A DNA stretch of 64,000 bases from Pseudomonadota bacterium (GTDB taxonomy: Bacteria; Myxococcota_A; UBA9042; GCA-2863065), in contig CANMLD010000002.1 of NCBI GenBank assembly GCA_947498315.1, positions 8,368 through 72,367 on the forward strand, given 5' to 3'. The position numbers and the translations under genes are program-made. Positions 35,520-45,225 of the stretch are shown here, in pieces. How positions within the stretch are numbered: the stretch's first letter is position 1; every line of letters starts with the position of its first letter. The notes beneath the pieces were generated by a model. That model ran no database searches, was not told the DNA's origin, and saw only the letters and a program-made list of their open reading frames with translations.

Positions 35520-38054
35520 ATGCCCTACGCTCAAGCCCGCCGCGTCAGCCTCATCGTTTGCAGCGTCCTTGCCAGCACGCGCTGCTCCGAGTTCGTCGAC
35601 CGCGTCCCCGATGCGGGCCCAGTTGCGACGGAGGAGTGCACGGCGACCTGCTTTACGGTGGGTCTGCTCGATTGCGCCGCTGAGGGCCAACGCCGCGTGT
35701 GCGTGGAGTCAGCATCTGGGTGTCTCGATTGGCAACCTGCGGCCGCTTGTCCGAACGGGACCACGTGCCGTGATGCAGGGAGCTGCGGAGCCGATGGTTG
35801 CGGCTCCGATGGGCTCCGAGTGTGTCGCGGCGACGCTGGATTCGAGACGTGCGAGCGCAAACCCGATGGCTTCCTAGGTTGGAGCGGGTTCCAGGCCTGT
35901 ACCGCCGGCACGTCATGTGTCGACGCCGGCGAGTGCGCCGCCACCGAACCCGAGTGTCCGAGTGTCGGGTTGAAGCGCTGCGAGGGTGGCCTCGTTCAGA
36001 CCTGCGCCGTCATTGACGCCGTCCTCGCGTTCGGGCCGGCAAGCGCGTGCCCCGACGGCGAGTCCTGCCGCGGCGACGGTGTCTGTGGCCTCGACCTGTG
36101 CGGTTTGGGCGAGTCGCGATGCGGCGAAGCGGGACTCGAGACCTGCGTTGCGGACGCGGTTGGGTTCCTCGACTACGACGGGGGGACGCCGTGCCCTGGT
36201 GAAGGCGGCGTGTGCCGCAATGACCGCTGCGGCATGGACTCCTGCTCGGCCCCGGGACAGCGCGTCTGCACCACAGAGGGGCTGCTCGACGAGTGTCAAC
36301 TGGCCGCCGAAGGCTTCTTGGCCTGGAGCGGCGGGGTCGGCTGCCCAGACGGCGGCGTTTGCAGAGACGGGCTTTGCGGAGCTGACCTCTGCCCCACGGT
36401 GGGCACGTCCGAGTGTATTGGTGCTGACATCCGCGTGTGTGACTTCAGCGGCCCTTTCCTGGAGTGGGGCGAGTCTGCATCCTGCCAAGGTGGCGTCTGC
36501 TTCGGAGGCGCTTGCATCACGAGCGAGTGCGCCGGGCTCGGAGCCTCGAAATGCGCGGATGATGCGTTCGTCTCTCTCTGCCAGAAGCAGACGACCGGCG
36601 CGTTCGCCTGGGGGCCGCCAATCCCGTGTCCCGGCGTAGGCACCGTCTGTCGGGCCGCCGGCGTCTGCGGCAAGGACTCGTGCGCTGCAGAAGGAGGTAT
36701 TGGTTGCCTCGGGGAGGCTGCGACTCGACGCTGCGGCTACTACGGCGCTCCCTTCCTGACATGGGGGCCAGGTGATGACTGCGCAATAGGGCTCGAATGT
36801 CGCGGCGGCGTCTGCAGCGCTGACGAGTGTGATGGCGGCGCCCCAGTCTGCACGCTCGACGGCCAAATCGAGCGATGTGAGCTCAGCAACGATGGCTTTT
36901 TCGCCATCGTCGGTCCCGAACCATGTCCCGCACCCGAGATGGTCTGCGTGACGGGTTCCGAAGGCGCCGCGTGCGAGTTCGAAGGCCCCTTCACCGTGGC
37001 CATGGACGTGGATCATTATGCGGTCGCCGCAGGGCAGGACGGTGGTGCCGTCGTGGTCTGGGGCACCGCGGGTACGTTGGAGCTCGTCTACCTCAGGGGT
37101 GACGGAATCCCAGAATCACCCGTCACGACCGTCGGTAACGGGGCAGGGGGCACTGGCGCAGGGGGCACTGGCGCAGGGGGCAACGGCGTACCTGGGACGC
37201 GCGCATCTGTCGCGGTCCCCGCCACGGGGCCTCTCGCAGGGCAAGCCGTCGTGGTCTGGTACGACGCGACCGATGAGGCGTTGCGAGTCCGGGTCGTCCC
37301 CAAGGCAGGCGTCGCTCCCGCCGCCTTCGCGTTACCTGTGAAATACGAACTCACGGCCGAGACGAGCCTCGCTTCAGTCGGGGATCCTTCCGGTGGTCTC
37401 GCGTTGCGGCACGAAGTGAACGGCGCGAACGGCGCGCGTCTCTTCGCAAGCCAAGTTGACGCCACCGGTGTTGCTTACAGCGTGGAGTTCGGCCAAACCG
37501 CCGGCGGGACCTTCCGTGGTCTCGCGGCGGCTCCCGACGGCCCATCGGGCTTTGTCTCGGTGTGGGCGAGCGGCGCGGAGACATCGTCGACACTCGCACT
37601 CAGGCGAGTCGACCTCACCGGCGGGACCATCGACCCTGTGAGACAGGCCGACTTCTCAGAGGCGCTTTCGGCGTTGTCGATCTGCTCTCACGGTGCGACG
37701 TGGCTCGTCGCGTCAGAGCGTGCCTTTGGGTCTGCAGTGCTCGGCGTGGGCCTCGCCGTCTTTGGCGCTGGCGTTCAGCCGATCTCGCCCGTCTGGCAGA
37801 CCGAGCTCGCCGGGCTCTTGTCGCCGCGACTCGTCTGCTTACCCGACGGCGCCTTGCTCCTCGGACTCATCCCGGACACAAAAGCCCTTGTTGGTCGGCG
37901 CGTTCTCTCCACCGGGACGTTGGCGGGCGGGACGGTGGCCTTTACGGGCGCCGGGGATGACTCCATGCCGGATGGTGCTCGACTTGCAGACGGCCGAGTC
38001 CTGGTGCTAGCGGTGCAGGATGGCCTCTTGCGTGCCCGTTTCTGGGAGCCCTAG
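35520..38054 (+). CDS. Secreted Cys-rich repeat protein (~10 tandem ~45-aa units, C..G.C....C..G...C.......GFL.W.....C) with a C-terminal ~330-aa non-Cys domain
   Basis: Repeats such as CPDGESCRGDGVCGLDLCGLGESRCGEAGLETCVADAVGFLDYDGGTPCPGEGGVCRNDRCGMDSC. A Gly/Ala run (GNGAGGTGAGGTGAGGNG) separates the C-terminal domain. Confidence 0.5.
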   Translation: MPYAQARRVSLIVCSVLASTRCSEFVDRVPDAGPVATEECTATCFTVGLLDCAAEGQRRVCVESASGCLDWQPAAACPNGTTCRDAGSCGADGCGSDGLRVCRGDAGFETCERKPDGFLGWSGFQACTAGTSCVDAGECAATEPECPSVGLKRCEGGLVQTCAVIDAVLAFGPASACPDGESCRGDGVCGLDLCGLGESRCGEAGLETCVADAVGFLDYDGGTPCPGEGGVCRNDRCGMDSCSAPGQRVCTTEGLLDECQLAAEGFLAWSGGVGCPDGGVCRDGLCGADLCPTVGTSECIGADIRVCDFSGPFLEWGESASCQGGVCFGGACITSECAGLGASKCADDAFVSLCQKQTTGAFAWGPPIPCPGVGTVCRAAGVCGKDSCAAEGGIGCLGEAATRRCGYYGAPFLTWGPGDDCAIGLECRGGVCSADECDGGAPVCTLDGQIERCELSNDGFFAIVGPEPCPAPEMVCVTGSEGAACEFEGPFTVAMDVDHYAVAAGQDGGAVVVWGTAGTLELVYLRGDGIPESPVTTVGNGAGGTGAGGTGAGGNGVPGTRASVAVPATGPLAGQAVVVWYDATDEALRVRVVPKAGVAPAAFALPVKYELTAETSLASVGDPSGGLALRHEVNGANGARLFASQVDATGVAYSVEFGQTAGGTFRGLAAAPDGPSGFVSVWASGAETSSTLALRRVDLTGGTIDPVRQADFSEALSALSICSHGATWLVASERAFGSAVLGVGLAVFGAGVQPISPVWQTELAGLLSPRLVCLPDGALLLGLIPDTKALVGRRVLSTGTLAGGTVAFTGAGDDSMPDGARLADGRVLVLAVQDGLLRARFWEP

Positions 38055-38161
38055 TGCCTGAGAGGACTCGCTGCGGTGTGCCATCGAATTGGACACTGGA
38101 CGGATTCGGAGTTAGCTCAGCGACCAACCATCGCCCACATTGAGGGCCCCGAGGAGCTGCC

Positions 38162-38782
38162 GTGAAGGTCACTGGACTTGCCATCTCATTGGCGCCCCTG
38201 CTGTTAGCGTCGACCGCGGCGAACGCCGGCCCCTACGACGGCTTTCGTCTCGGCTTCCTGGGGAGCTTCGGCTTTGGCGGTGAGACCGAGACCAAATTCG
38301 ACGCAAGCGTCAAGTCCGACTCCGATAACGAAGCTACGGCTGGCTTCGTCATCACCGGCCAATACCCTGTTTGGACTTACGTCACAGTCGGGCTGGAGTT
38401 CGGTGTGCTCTTCTCCAAGACCGAACGGATGGACCACGCCAACCTTGACCGGAACAGCATCATCGACATCTCACCCGTCATCGAGGGCAAGTACCCGCTC
38501 CTCGGTGGCCGGCTCGAGCCCTTCATCAAGATGCCTTTCGGCCTCTCTATCTTCGTGCCGAGCGACGATCTCAAGGAGAACAGCACCGGGATCGGCTGGA
38601 ATGTGGGCCTCATGGCAGGCGCGCGCTACGTCGTCTGGAGAGGGCTGGCCGTTGAGGCCGAGCTGGGGTGGCAAGGGCACGGGGGCTCCTACGATGAAGA
38701 GCGCGAGGGCTACAAGAAGCGCGAGGCCGACTTCGAAAGCCATCAGCTCCAACTCCGCTTCGGCATGCTCTGGAGCTTCTGA
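38162..38782 (+). CDS. Small outer-membrane beta-barrel protein (OmpW/OmpA-barrel-like)
   Basis: Signal peptide ending ANAGP. Alternating amphipathic beta-strands. C-terminal aromatic residue (..LRFGMLWSF), the typical OMP sorting signature. Confidence 0.6.
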   Translation: MKVTGLAISLAPLLLASTAANAGPYDGFRLGFLGSFGFGGETETKFDASVKSDSDNEATAGFVITGQYPVWTYVTVGLEFGVLFSKTERMDHANLDRNSIIDISPVIEGKYPLLGGRLEPFIKMPFGLSIFVPSDDLKENSTGIGWNVGLMAGARYVVWRGLAVEAELGWQGHGGSYDEEREGYKKREADFESHQLQLRFGMLWSF

Positions 38783-38806
38783 ACACGGTCTGTTACGGTC
38801 GAGGCC

Positions 38807-40018
38807 GTGAGTTACGAAGAGAAGCGCCTCTTCCATCGCTATCCGTCAGGGCTCCGCGCAGCCTTTAGAATCGGTGGCACCGGCTTTCGCGGCATGATTG
38901 TGAACGTTGGCGCCGCCGGCGGCTTCGTCGCGACTAAAGCGCCCCCCACCGTCGGAACGCGGGTACAGATGGCGGCACAAGTCGACCGGACCCAACCGTC
39001 GGTTTGGCTCGATCTCCGTGTGACGTGGGTCAGCACGAACATGTCGGGTGGCCGGTCGGACGGACATGGCGCTGTGCCCACTTCCGGGTTCGGCGGATTC
39101 TGGTTGCATGCGTCCTCCCGGCACGGCGAAGAGCCTCTCTCGTCCTTCCTACGCGACGTCCTCGGCATTGGGCAGACGGTGATTCGCCCCATGACCCCAC
39201 CTGAGGGTGGTGCCGTCGTCCATGTCTATCGCTTCCCCGACATCTACGACGGCGCGGAGCTGTCCGACATCCCGTGGTGGGCAGGGCGTGAACGGACTCC
39301 ACGCCGACCCGTCTCGCTCGCATCGGCTCAAGTCTCACCACGCCAAGACACGACCACTCGGGCGTCGGCGGCAAGCACCCGAGCGGCGGACGCGCGCGCC
39401 GCAGGGAAAGGCAGCACTGCGTCGACACGGGCTCGTGGGGTCCACTCAGGTGGAGACCGCGGGCTAGACTTACCGACCGCCGACGAGATCGAAGGCATCG
39501 CTCCGATCGGCAGCGCTGTGGGTAGCAACACCGGCGTGTTCTTTGCCGACGTGGCCGACGAAGCCGAGCCCCCGCGTATCGAGGCCGCGCCATCCGGAAA
39601 GACCGGGGCTTGGAACGCCATCGTCGGCCGCTTCAGCGGACTTCGGTCGCGCGAGAGCTCGCCAGAGACGCCCACATCGGGCGCGCGGGTCCGTGTCGCT
39701 AGCCTACCCACCGTGGAATACATGATTGGCAAGAAGGCGAGCCCGGCGACGCTCTCCCGCATCGGGACTGGCTGGGTCGTCCTCACGGCGCCGGTCGGCG
39801 CGAGGCCACCCGAGGTCTGGTCGCGCCTCGTCGTCACTCTCAAGCCACCCGCTGGCCACAAGGGCGAGAACGTCGAGGTGAACGCAACCGTGACCCGCAT
39901 CAAGGAGGTCCCTGAGGGGGTCGTCATCCATTGCAAGGTAAACAGTATCAACGAATACAATAAGCAGGGCACCTACGCATTGTACGTGGACGCGTTCAAC
40001 AACGCCCAACCGGGTTGA
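38807..40018 (+). CDS. PilZ-domain protein (likely c-di-GMP receptor) with a second degenerate PilZ-like C-terminal domain
   Basis: N-terminal RLFHR (RxxxR) followed ~20 aa later by NVGAAGGF ((D/N)xSxxG-like). The central ~170 aa are Ala/Arg/Ser-rich and disordered. 24 bp downstream of the OMP gene. Confidence 0.5.
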   Translation: MSYEEKRLFHRYPSGLRAAFRIGGTGFRGMIVNVGAAGGFVATKAPPTVGTRVQMAAQVDRTQPSVWLDLRVTWVSTNMSGGRSDGHGAVPTSGFGGFWLHASSRHGEEPLSSFLRDVLGIGQTVIRPMTPPEGGAVVHVYRFPDIYDGAELSDIPWWAGRERTPRRPVSLASAQVSPRQDTTTRASAASTRAADARAAGKGSTASTRARGVHSGGDRGLDLPTADEIEGIAPIGSAVGSNTGVFFADVADEAEPPRIEAAPSGKTGAWNAIVGRFSGLRSRESSPETPTSGARVRVASLPTVEYMIGKKASPATLSRIGTGWVVLTAPVGARPPEVWSRLVVTLKPPAGHKGENVEVNATVTRIKEVPEGVVIHCKVNSINEYNKQGTYALYVDAFNNAQPG

Positions 40019-40199
40019 ACGCAATCAACGGAGGTGATTGTCGCCCAGGGAGCCGAGCGCTCCAGCCGACAACGAGCCGAGTTGAACGTGGGCCCGAGAG
40101 CACACCGCGTTAGCCTGAGCGACGACCCAGCGCGATGGGAGGCCTGGTTCGACCCCCGCGCACTGGCGTTCGATGCCGGGCTTCTGTTAACCTCCCCAC

Positions 40200-43100
40200 A
40201 TGATCCGAAACCACCGGCCCCGTCATACCGTCTTGACCTCTCGATTCGTGCTCACCGATTGGGTGGCCCGAACTTCAGCGCTCTGGCACGTCGGGATCGC
40301 CATTCTCGTGGTGGGTTGCGGCGAGATCATCGTCCCAACCGACCCGGACACATCGACGAGCGCTGATGAGCCAGTCTTTACGAACCCTGGGCCTCAAGAA
40401 GCCATCGAGGGTGTCTCTTTGGCACTTCAGCTCAGCGCGACAGACCCGGGTGGTGGCAGCCTCGGCTATTCTCTGGAGTCGGGGCCCGACACGGCGGCCA
40501 TGTCGCCTCAAGGTCGCTTCACGTGGACCCCGGGCGCCGACGTCTCGACCCCTGCGGCCGATCAGACCGTCACCGTTACCGTTGCTGCCACCAACGCGGC
40601 TGGCTTGAAGGGGACCTTGGATCTCGACGTCACCGTACTCAACAACTCAGATGACGACGACTTGCCCGACTATCTCGATGAGGACGACGACAACGATGAC
40701 CTCACCGACGTTCAGGAGGGCGTCAAGAAGACCGACCCTACGCTGCCGGACACTGACGGAGACTCCATTGGTGACGCGACTGACCTGTGCCCGACGACCT
40801 CCGACAAGGAGCAGAAGGATACCGACGGAGATGACCTCGGTGACGCCTGTGATCCCGACGATGACGCTGACGGCACTCCAGATGCCGACGACAACTGCCC
40901 ACTCGTCGTCAACCCCCCGGTTGCGACCCCAGGGGGAGGGCAAGCACAGCCCGACTTCGACGAAGACGGCCTCGGTGATGCCTGCGATGCTGATGCTGAC
41001 GGTGACGACGTCGAAGACGACTCGGACAACTGTCCCGGCGTAGCCAACACCGCGGGCCCTGGAGGGCAGCCGGACCTGAATGGCGACGGCGAGGGTGACG
41101 CGTGTGATCTAGACGACGACGGTGATCTCATCCCAGACGGCGCTGACAACTGTCCAGAGGTCATCAACTCGAACCAGGGCGACAACGACGACGACGAACT
41201 CGGTGACGTCTGCGACACCGACGACGACAACGACGGCGTCGTCGACGACAACGACAACTGCCCGATCGACTTTCAGGCCAGTCAGAAGGACACCGATGGC
41301 GATGGGGAAGGCGATGAGTGCGACGTCTGCGTTACCAGCACGACGAACCTCGACGCCGACTCGGATGGGGTCTGCGACGACGACGACAACTGCCTCGGGC
41401 TGAACAGCGCGGACCAAACCGACAACGACGACGACGGCCAGGGCGATCCGTGCGACACGGATGATGACGCAGACGGCGTTCCGGACATGAACGACAACTG
41501 TAACCTAGTGATGAACGCGCTGCAGCAGGACTGTAACAACGACAAGGTCGGCGACGCGTGCACGCCGGACGATGACGGCGACGGCGTCTCCGATGTCAAT
41601 GACAACTGCGTCTGCGCTCAGAACGCTGACCAGAGCAACTGCGACAATGACGACGTCGGCGACGCGTGTGACGACGACATCGACGGAGACAACGCGACGG
41701 AAGCGCTCGACAATTGCCCCGGCTGCGCAGTCAACCCGGAACAGGCCGACACGAACTCCGACGACCAAGGCGACGCGTGCGATCCAGATGACGACGGGGA
41801 CCTCGTCCTCGACGCTGACGACAACTGCCCGTTGCGGGACAACCCCAACCAGACGAACTCCGACGCAGACCCGAATGGTGACGCCTGTGATCTCGACGAC
41901 GACGACGATGGGCTCGCCGACGAAGACGACAACTGCCCGACCATCGTCAATCTCGACCAAGCCGACTTTGACGACGACGGAGCAGGCGACGCCTGTGATC
42001 CCGACGACGACGGCGACGACCGAAACGACGATGTGGACAACTGCCCCCGAGTTGCCAATCCCATCCAGACGAACATCGACCAAGACTTAGTCGGTGACGT
42101 GTGTGATCCCGTTCTGAGGCTACCGCCCGAGGTGGCGTCGTCGAGCGAGTCGGTCAGGGCGGACTCCCGTGGGGGCGTCACTGCCATCGCGTTCGGCGGC
42201 CCTGTGCCCTGTGGGGCTTCTCCGGCATGCGGCTCCGCCGGCTACGTCGTCGTCGACCAGGCCGACTATGCCGCCATCGTCCCGGCGTGGATTACGAACA
42301 TGATCGGCCTTGGTGCTGCACACGTCTCCGGTGACCGGGCCGCCTACTTTTCGGGCATTGGCGCGCTCGGCAACGCTTCGCTGACGCGCGTGTTCGAGGG
42401 CAACTCCACCACGCCGTCCATCATCGCGACGGCGCAGTCGCCAAACGTCGTCGACCTTGCCGACGGAAGCGTTCTCGTCTTCACGGACGAAGGCGCGAAC
42501 TCCAAGGTCACGCAGGTCTTCTCTAGCAAAAAGCCGGCCGAGATCCACAAGACGGCGCTCGCCTTCCGAACGTCGCTGAACGACGCCCCATTCGCTCTCG
42601 ACAGTGGGCTCGTATTCGTGCCCTACGAGGTGTCGGCGGCAGGGTCGAAGTTCTCCGTCATGGTCTTCGGGCCAGAAGGGGCAAAGACCGAACCGCTACT
42701 ACCCGCCAGCGGCGTGCCGAACGCGACGAGCCTTGGCTTCGAGTTCATCGACAGGCTTATCGGGACGCCGTGGTGGTGTGTGCGTCGTAGCGGCCAGACC
42801 GAGCTCGTGCACACCACGGCAGCCGCCACGCCGAAGTTCAGCCAAAGCGTGCCCGCGCCCGATTGTGGCGCGCTCTGGTCAGGACAGGCGGACACCGGCG
42901 ATGTCTGGTACGACGCCACCAAGAGCGCTGCCGTGCACGAGGTCGGCCGTATCGACCCTTCGGGCGCCGTCGCGGTCGCGCGGCGCAGCTTCACGTGTGA
43001 CCCAACCGTCTACCTCGTCGGGAAGAGCGCCGCCGTGGTCGCCGACTGTGGCAGCGAGTCGTATGAGCTCGTGGACGCTCAGGCGGGCGTCACCGTGGAT

Positions 43101-44057
43101 GCGTGGGCGTCAGAGGCCATCAATGGCTACGGCCTCACCGTCGCTCGGAACGCGCAGAGCGGTCGGCTCGCGGCCGCCTTCCGCACCAACAAGTCCCTCG
43201 CGAGCCCGGTCGAGGCACGACTCGTCGGTGATGGCATCGAGAGCCTCATCCTCACCCACGTCACCGCCCTCGACAAGCCGACGATACAAGGGCTTTGGGT
43301 CACTCGCGAGGGCTATGTCTTCGCCCAGATCCTAGGGCGTTTCGATCCCGTAAACCCAAGTCAAAACTCAACCGTCCTCGTCTCGGCCGGCCCGACCCTC
43401 GGGACGCGGATCGCGACCACGAAGGGCTACGCCGAGCTCTTCGAGACCGAGAAGACGACGTTGCTGGCCCATAACGGCGCCGAGGGGCCCGGCCTCTATC
43501 TCGTCCTCGGCAATACGCCCGAGCTGGTGCAGTCCGCCTTCGTGGACGGCTCGACGGCCCGTCCTATGGCCCTTGGCGACACGGGCTCAGGCCATGTCCT
43601 CGTCTTCCTCCAGACGTCGCAAGGTGGCGCATGGTCCCTCTTCGACATCGACCCTGTCGCAAAGACGTCTACGGCGGTCCTCGAAGCGGTCTTGGCGCCA
43701 CCACTCTCCGTCGATCGCACTGGCGACGGGAAGGCCTTCGTGTTCGAGCGCGGTGGGAAGCTCGGCTATGCGGTGGTTCATGCCGACGGGTCACTGACCG
43801 TCACGCCGAACTTCAGCGAGGTCACCACGCTACTGGACCACAATGGGCTCGCGTGGGGCTATCGAGGACGTACCAACTTCGCCGATGACTGGACCGTCTG
43901 CCGCCTGGGCTCGCCAAACGATTGCCTCGCGCTCCCCACCGCCGCGTTCCTCGTTTACGAAGCCGTGGATGACGGCGGGCTGTACCATGCCCTCTGGTTC
44001 GACGAATCGGCCTCCCCCTCCGTCCCGACACTCTTCCGCAGTCTCGAGTTGCCCTGA
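40200..44057 (+). CDS. Lipoprotein with ~20 thrombospondin type 3 (TSP3) calcium-binding repeats followed by a ~650-aa C-terminal domain of unknown function
   Basis: Many DxDxDGxxDxxDNCPxxxNxxQxDxDxDGxGDACD units across ~40650-42100. Lipobox-like LVVGCGE near the N-terminus. Confidence 0.65.
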   Translation: MIRNHRPRHTVLTSRFVLTDWVARTSALWHVGIAILVVGCGEIIVPTDPDTSTSADEPVFTNPGPQEAIEGVSLALQLSATDPGGGSLGYSLESGPDTAAMSPQGRFTWTPGADVSTPAADQTVTVTVAATNAAGLKGTLDLDVTVLNNSDDDDLPDYLDEDDDNDDLTDVQEGVKKTDPTLPDTDGDSIGDATDLCPTTSDKEQKDTDGDDLGDACDPDDDADGTPDADDNCPLVVNPPVATPGGGQAQPDFDEDGLGDACDADADGDDVEDDSDNCPGVANTAGPGGQPDLNGDGEGDACDLDDDGDLIPDGADNCPEVINSNQGDNDDDELGDVCDTDDDNDGVVDDNDNCPIDFQASQKDTDGDGEGDECDVCVTSTTNLDADSDGVCDDDDNCLGLNSADQTDNDDDGQGDPCDTDDDADGVPDMNDNCNLVMNALQQDCNNDKVGDACTPDDDGDGVSDVNDNCVCAQNADQSNCDNDDVGDACDDDIDGDNATEALDNCPGCAVNPEQADTNSDDQGDACDPDDDGDLVLDADDNCPLRDNPNQTNSDADPNGDACDLDDDDDGLADEDDNCPTIVNLDQADFDDDGAGDACDPDDDGDDRNDDVDNCPRVANPIQTNIDQDLVGDVCDPVLRLPPEVASSSESVRADSRGGVTAIAFGGPVPCGASPACGSAGYVVVDQADYAAIVPAWITNMIGLGAAHVSGDRAAYFSGIGALGNASLTRVFEGNSTTPSIIATAQSPNVVDLADGSVLVFTDEGANSKVTQVFSSKKPAEIHKTALAFRTSLNDAPFALDSGLVFVPYEVSAAGSKFSVMVFGPEGAKTEPLLPASGVPNATSLGFEFIDRLIGTPWWCVRRSGQTELVHTTAAATPKFSQSVPAPDCGALWSGQADTGDVWYDATKSAAVHEVGRIDPSGAVAVARRSFTCDPTVYLVGKSAAVVADCGSESYELVDAQAGVTVDAWASEAINGYGLTVARNAQSGRLAAAFRTNKSLASPVEARLVGDGIESLILTHVTALDKPTIQGLWVTREGYVFAQILGRFDPVNPSQNSTVLVSAGPTLGTRIATTKGYAELFETEKTTLLAHNGAEGPGLYLVLGNTPELVQSAFVDGSTARPMALGDTGSGHVLVFLQTSQGGAWSLFDIDPVAKTSTAVLEAVLAPPLSVDRTGDGKAFVFERGGKLGYAVVHADGSLTVTPNFSEVTTLLDHNGLAWGYRGRTNFADDWTVCRLGSPNDCLALPTAAFLVYEAVDDGGLYHALWFDESASPSVPTLFRSLELP

Positions 44058-45112
44058 TGATGACCCGTCGTCCGTCCCGCCCCGCGCTATGGTCTCCGAC
44101 TGTCAGCATGACGCTGACGCCTCTGAGTCTCCTGGCACTGCTGACCATCCTCACCGCTTGCGCCACCACGAGCGAGACCCGTCCATGGAACGCCGTTGTG
44201 CCCTCGGTCCCTTTCAGGGGCGGTCTCCCGGCGGCCAAGGAGCGGCTCGACCGGGGTGACGTGGAGGGGGCGATGCGCGTGACCGAGGAGCACCTCAGCC
44301 TCTCGCCCGACGACCCATCGGCCCACTACACTCGCGGGACGCTGCTGCTTGGAAAGGGCAGGTGGGTTGACGCTCGTGACGCGTTGGCCCGAGCTGTCGC
44401 CATCGAGCCCGACAACGCCGGCGCGTGGAACAACCTCGGGATCGCCCAAACTGAGCTCCATGAACGAAAGGCGGCGGAAGCCAGCTTTCGGAAGGCCGCC
44501 GGTCTTCGTGCTGAGGATCCCACGCCGTGGGTCAACCTGGGCAACGTCCATGCCCGCAGCGGTCGCTACGCCGACGCTCGCGAAGCCTACGATGAAGCGC
44601 TCTTTCGAGATCCACAGGATCAGACGCTAGCGATTGCCCACGCTGGCGTCCTGATTCGCTCCGGTGGCCATGAACAAGCGGTTGAGACGCTGGAGTCCGC
44701 GATGCAGACCTTCGGCGAGACCCCTGAAGGCCTATCGACCCTCGCGGCCGCGCTTCGTGGGCTAGGCCGTGGCCAGGAAGCGCTCGTGCAGTCCGAGAAG
44801 GCTCTGGCGCTAGCGCCGGATTCGCCAGCCGTCCTTCTGTGCGTGGCGATGTCCCTCGACTTCGCTGAGCGTCCGGAGGCCGCGTTGGCTTATGAGCGTG
44901 CCGTCACGGCAGCAGCCGGGACCGGCGTCGAGATGGGGGCCGTATACAACCGGGCTCTCTATGCGATGGAGAAGGGAGACAAGCCCCTCGCCACAGAACT
45001 CTTGACCCGGTACCTCGAGTTGGAACCCGGAGACACCCCTGAGCATCACAATGTGGTCGTGCTCCTTGATAGGCTGGCCAAGGAGACACCAAAGCCAGCG
45101 CCGCCGCCCTAG
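44057..45112 (+). CDS. TPR-repeat lipoprotein
   Basis: Signal peptide with lipobox LTILTAC. TPR units (AHYTRGTLLLGKGRWVDARDALARAVAIEPDNAGAWNNLGIA...). Start overlaps the TSP3 gene stop (tgATG). Confidence 0.6.
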   Translation: MMTRRPSRPALWSPTVSMTLTPLSLLALLTILTACATTSETRPWNAVVPSVPFRGGLPAAKERLDRGDVEGAMRVTEEHLSLSPDDPSAHYTRGTLLLGKGRWVDARDALARAVAIEPDNAGAWNNLGIAQTELHERKAAEASFRKAAGLRAEDPTPWVNLGNVHARSGRYADAREAYDEALFRDPQDQTLAIAHAGVLIRSGGHEQAVETLESAMQTFGETPEGLSTLAAALRGLGRGQEALVQSEKALALAPDSPAVLLCVAMSLDFAERPEAALAYERAVTAAAGTGVEMGAVYNRALYAMEKGDKPLATELLTRYLELEPGDTPEHHNVVVLLDRLAKETPKPAPPP

Positions 45113-45225
45113 AAGTCGGTAATGGAAGTGTGGCTGATTCTAGGCGCCGCCATACGGCGTCAACTTGCAACCGAAGGATGGCCCACACGAACTCGATGCC
45201 GGGCCTACGCACAGAAGGACCCACC

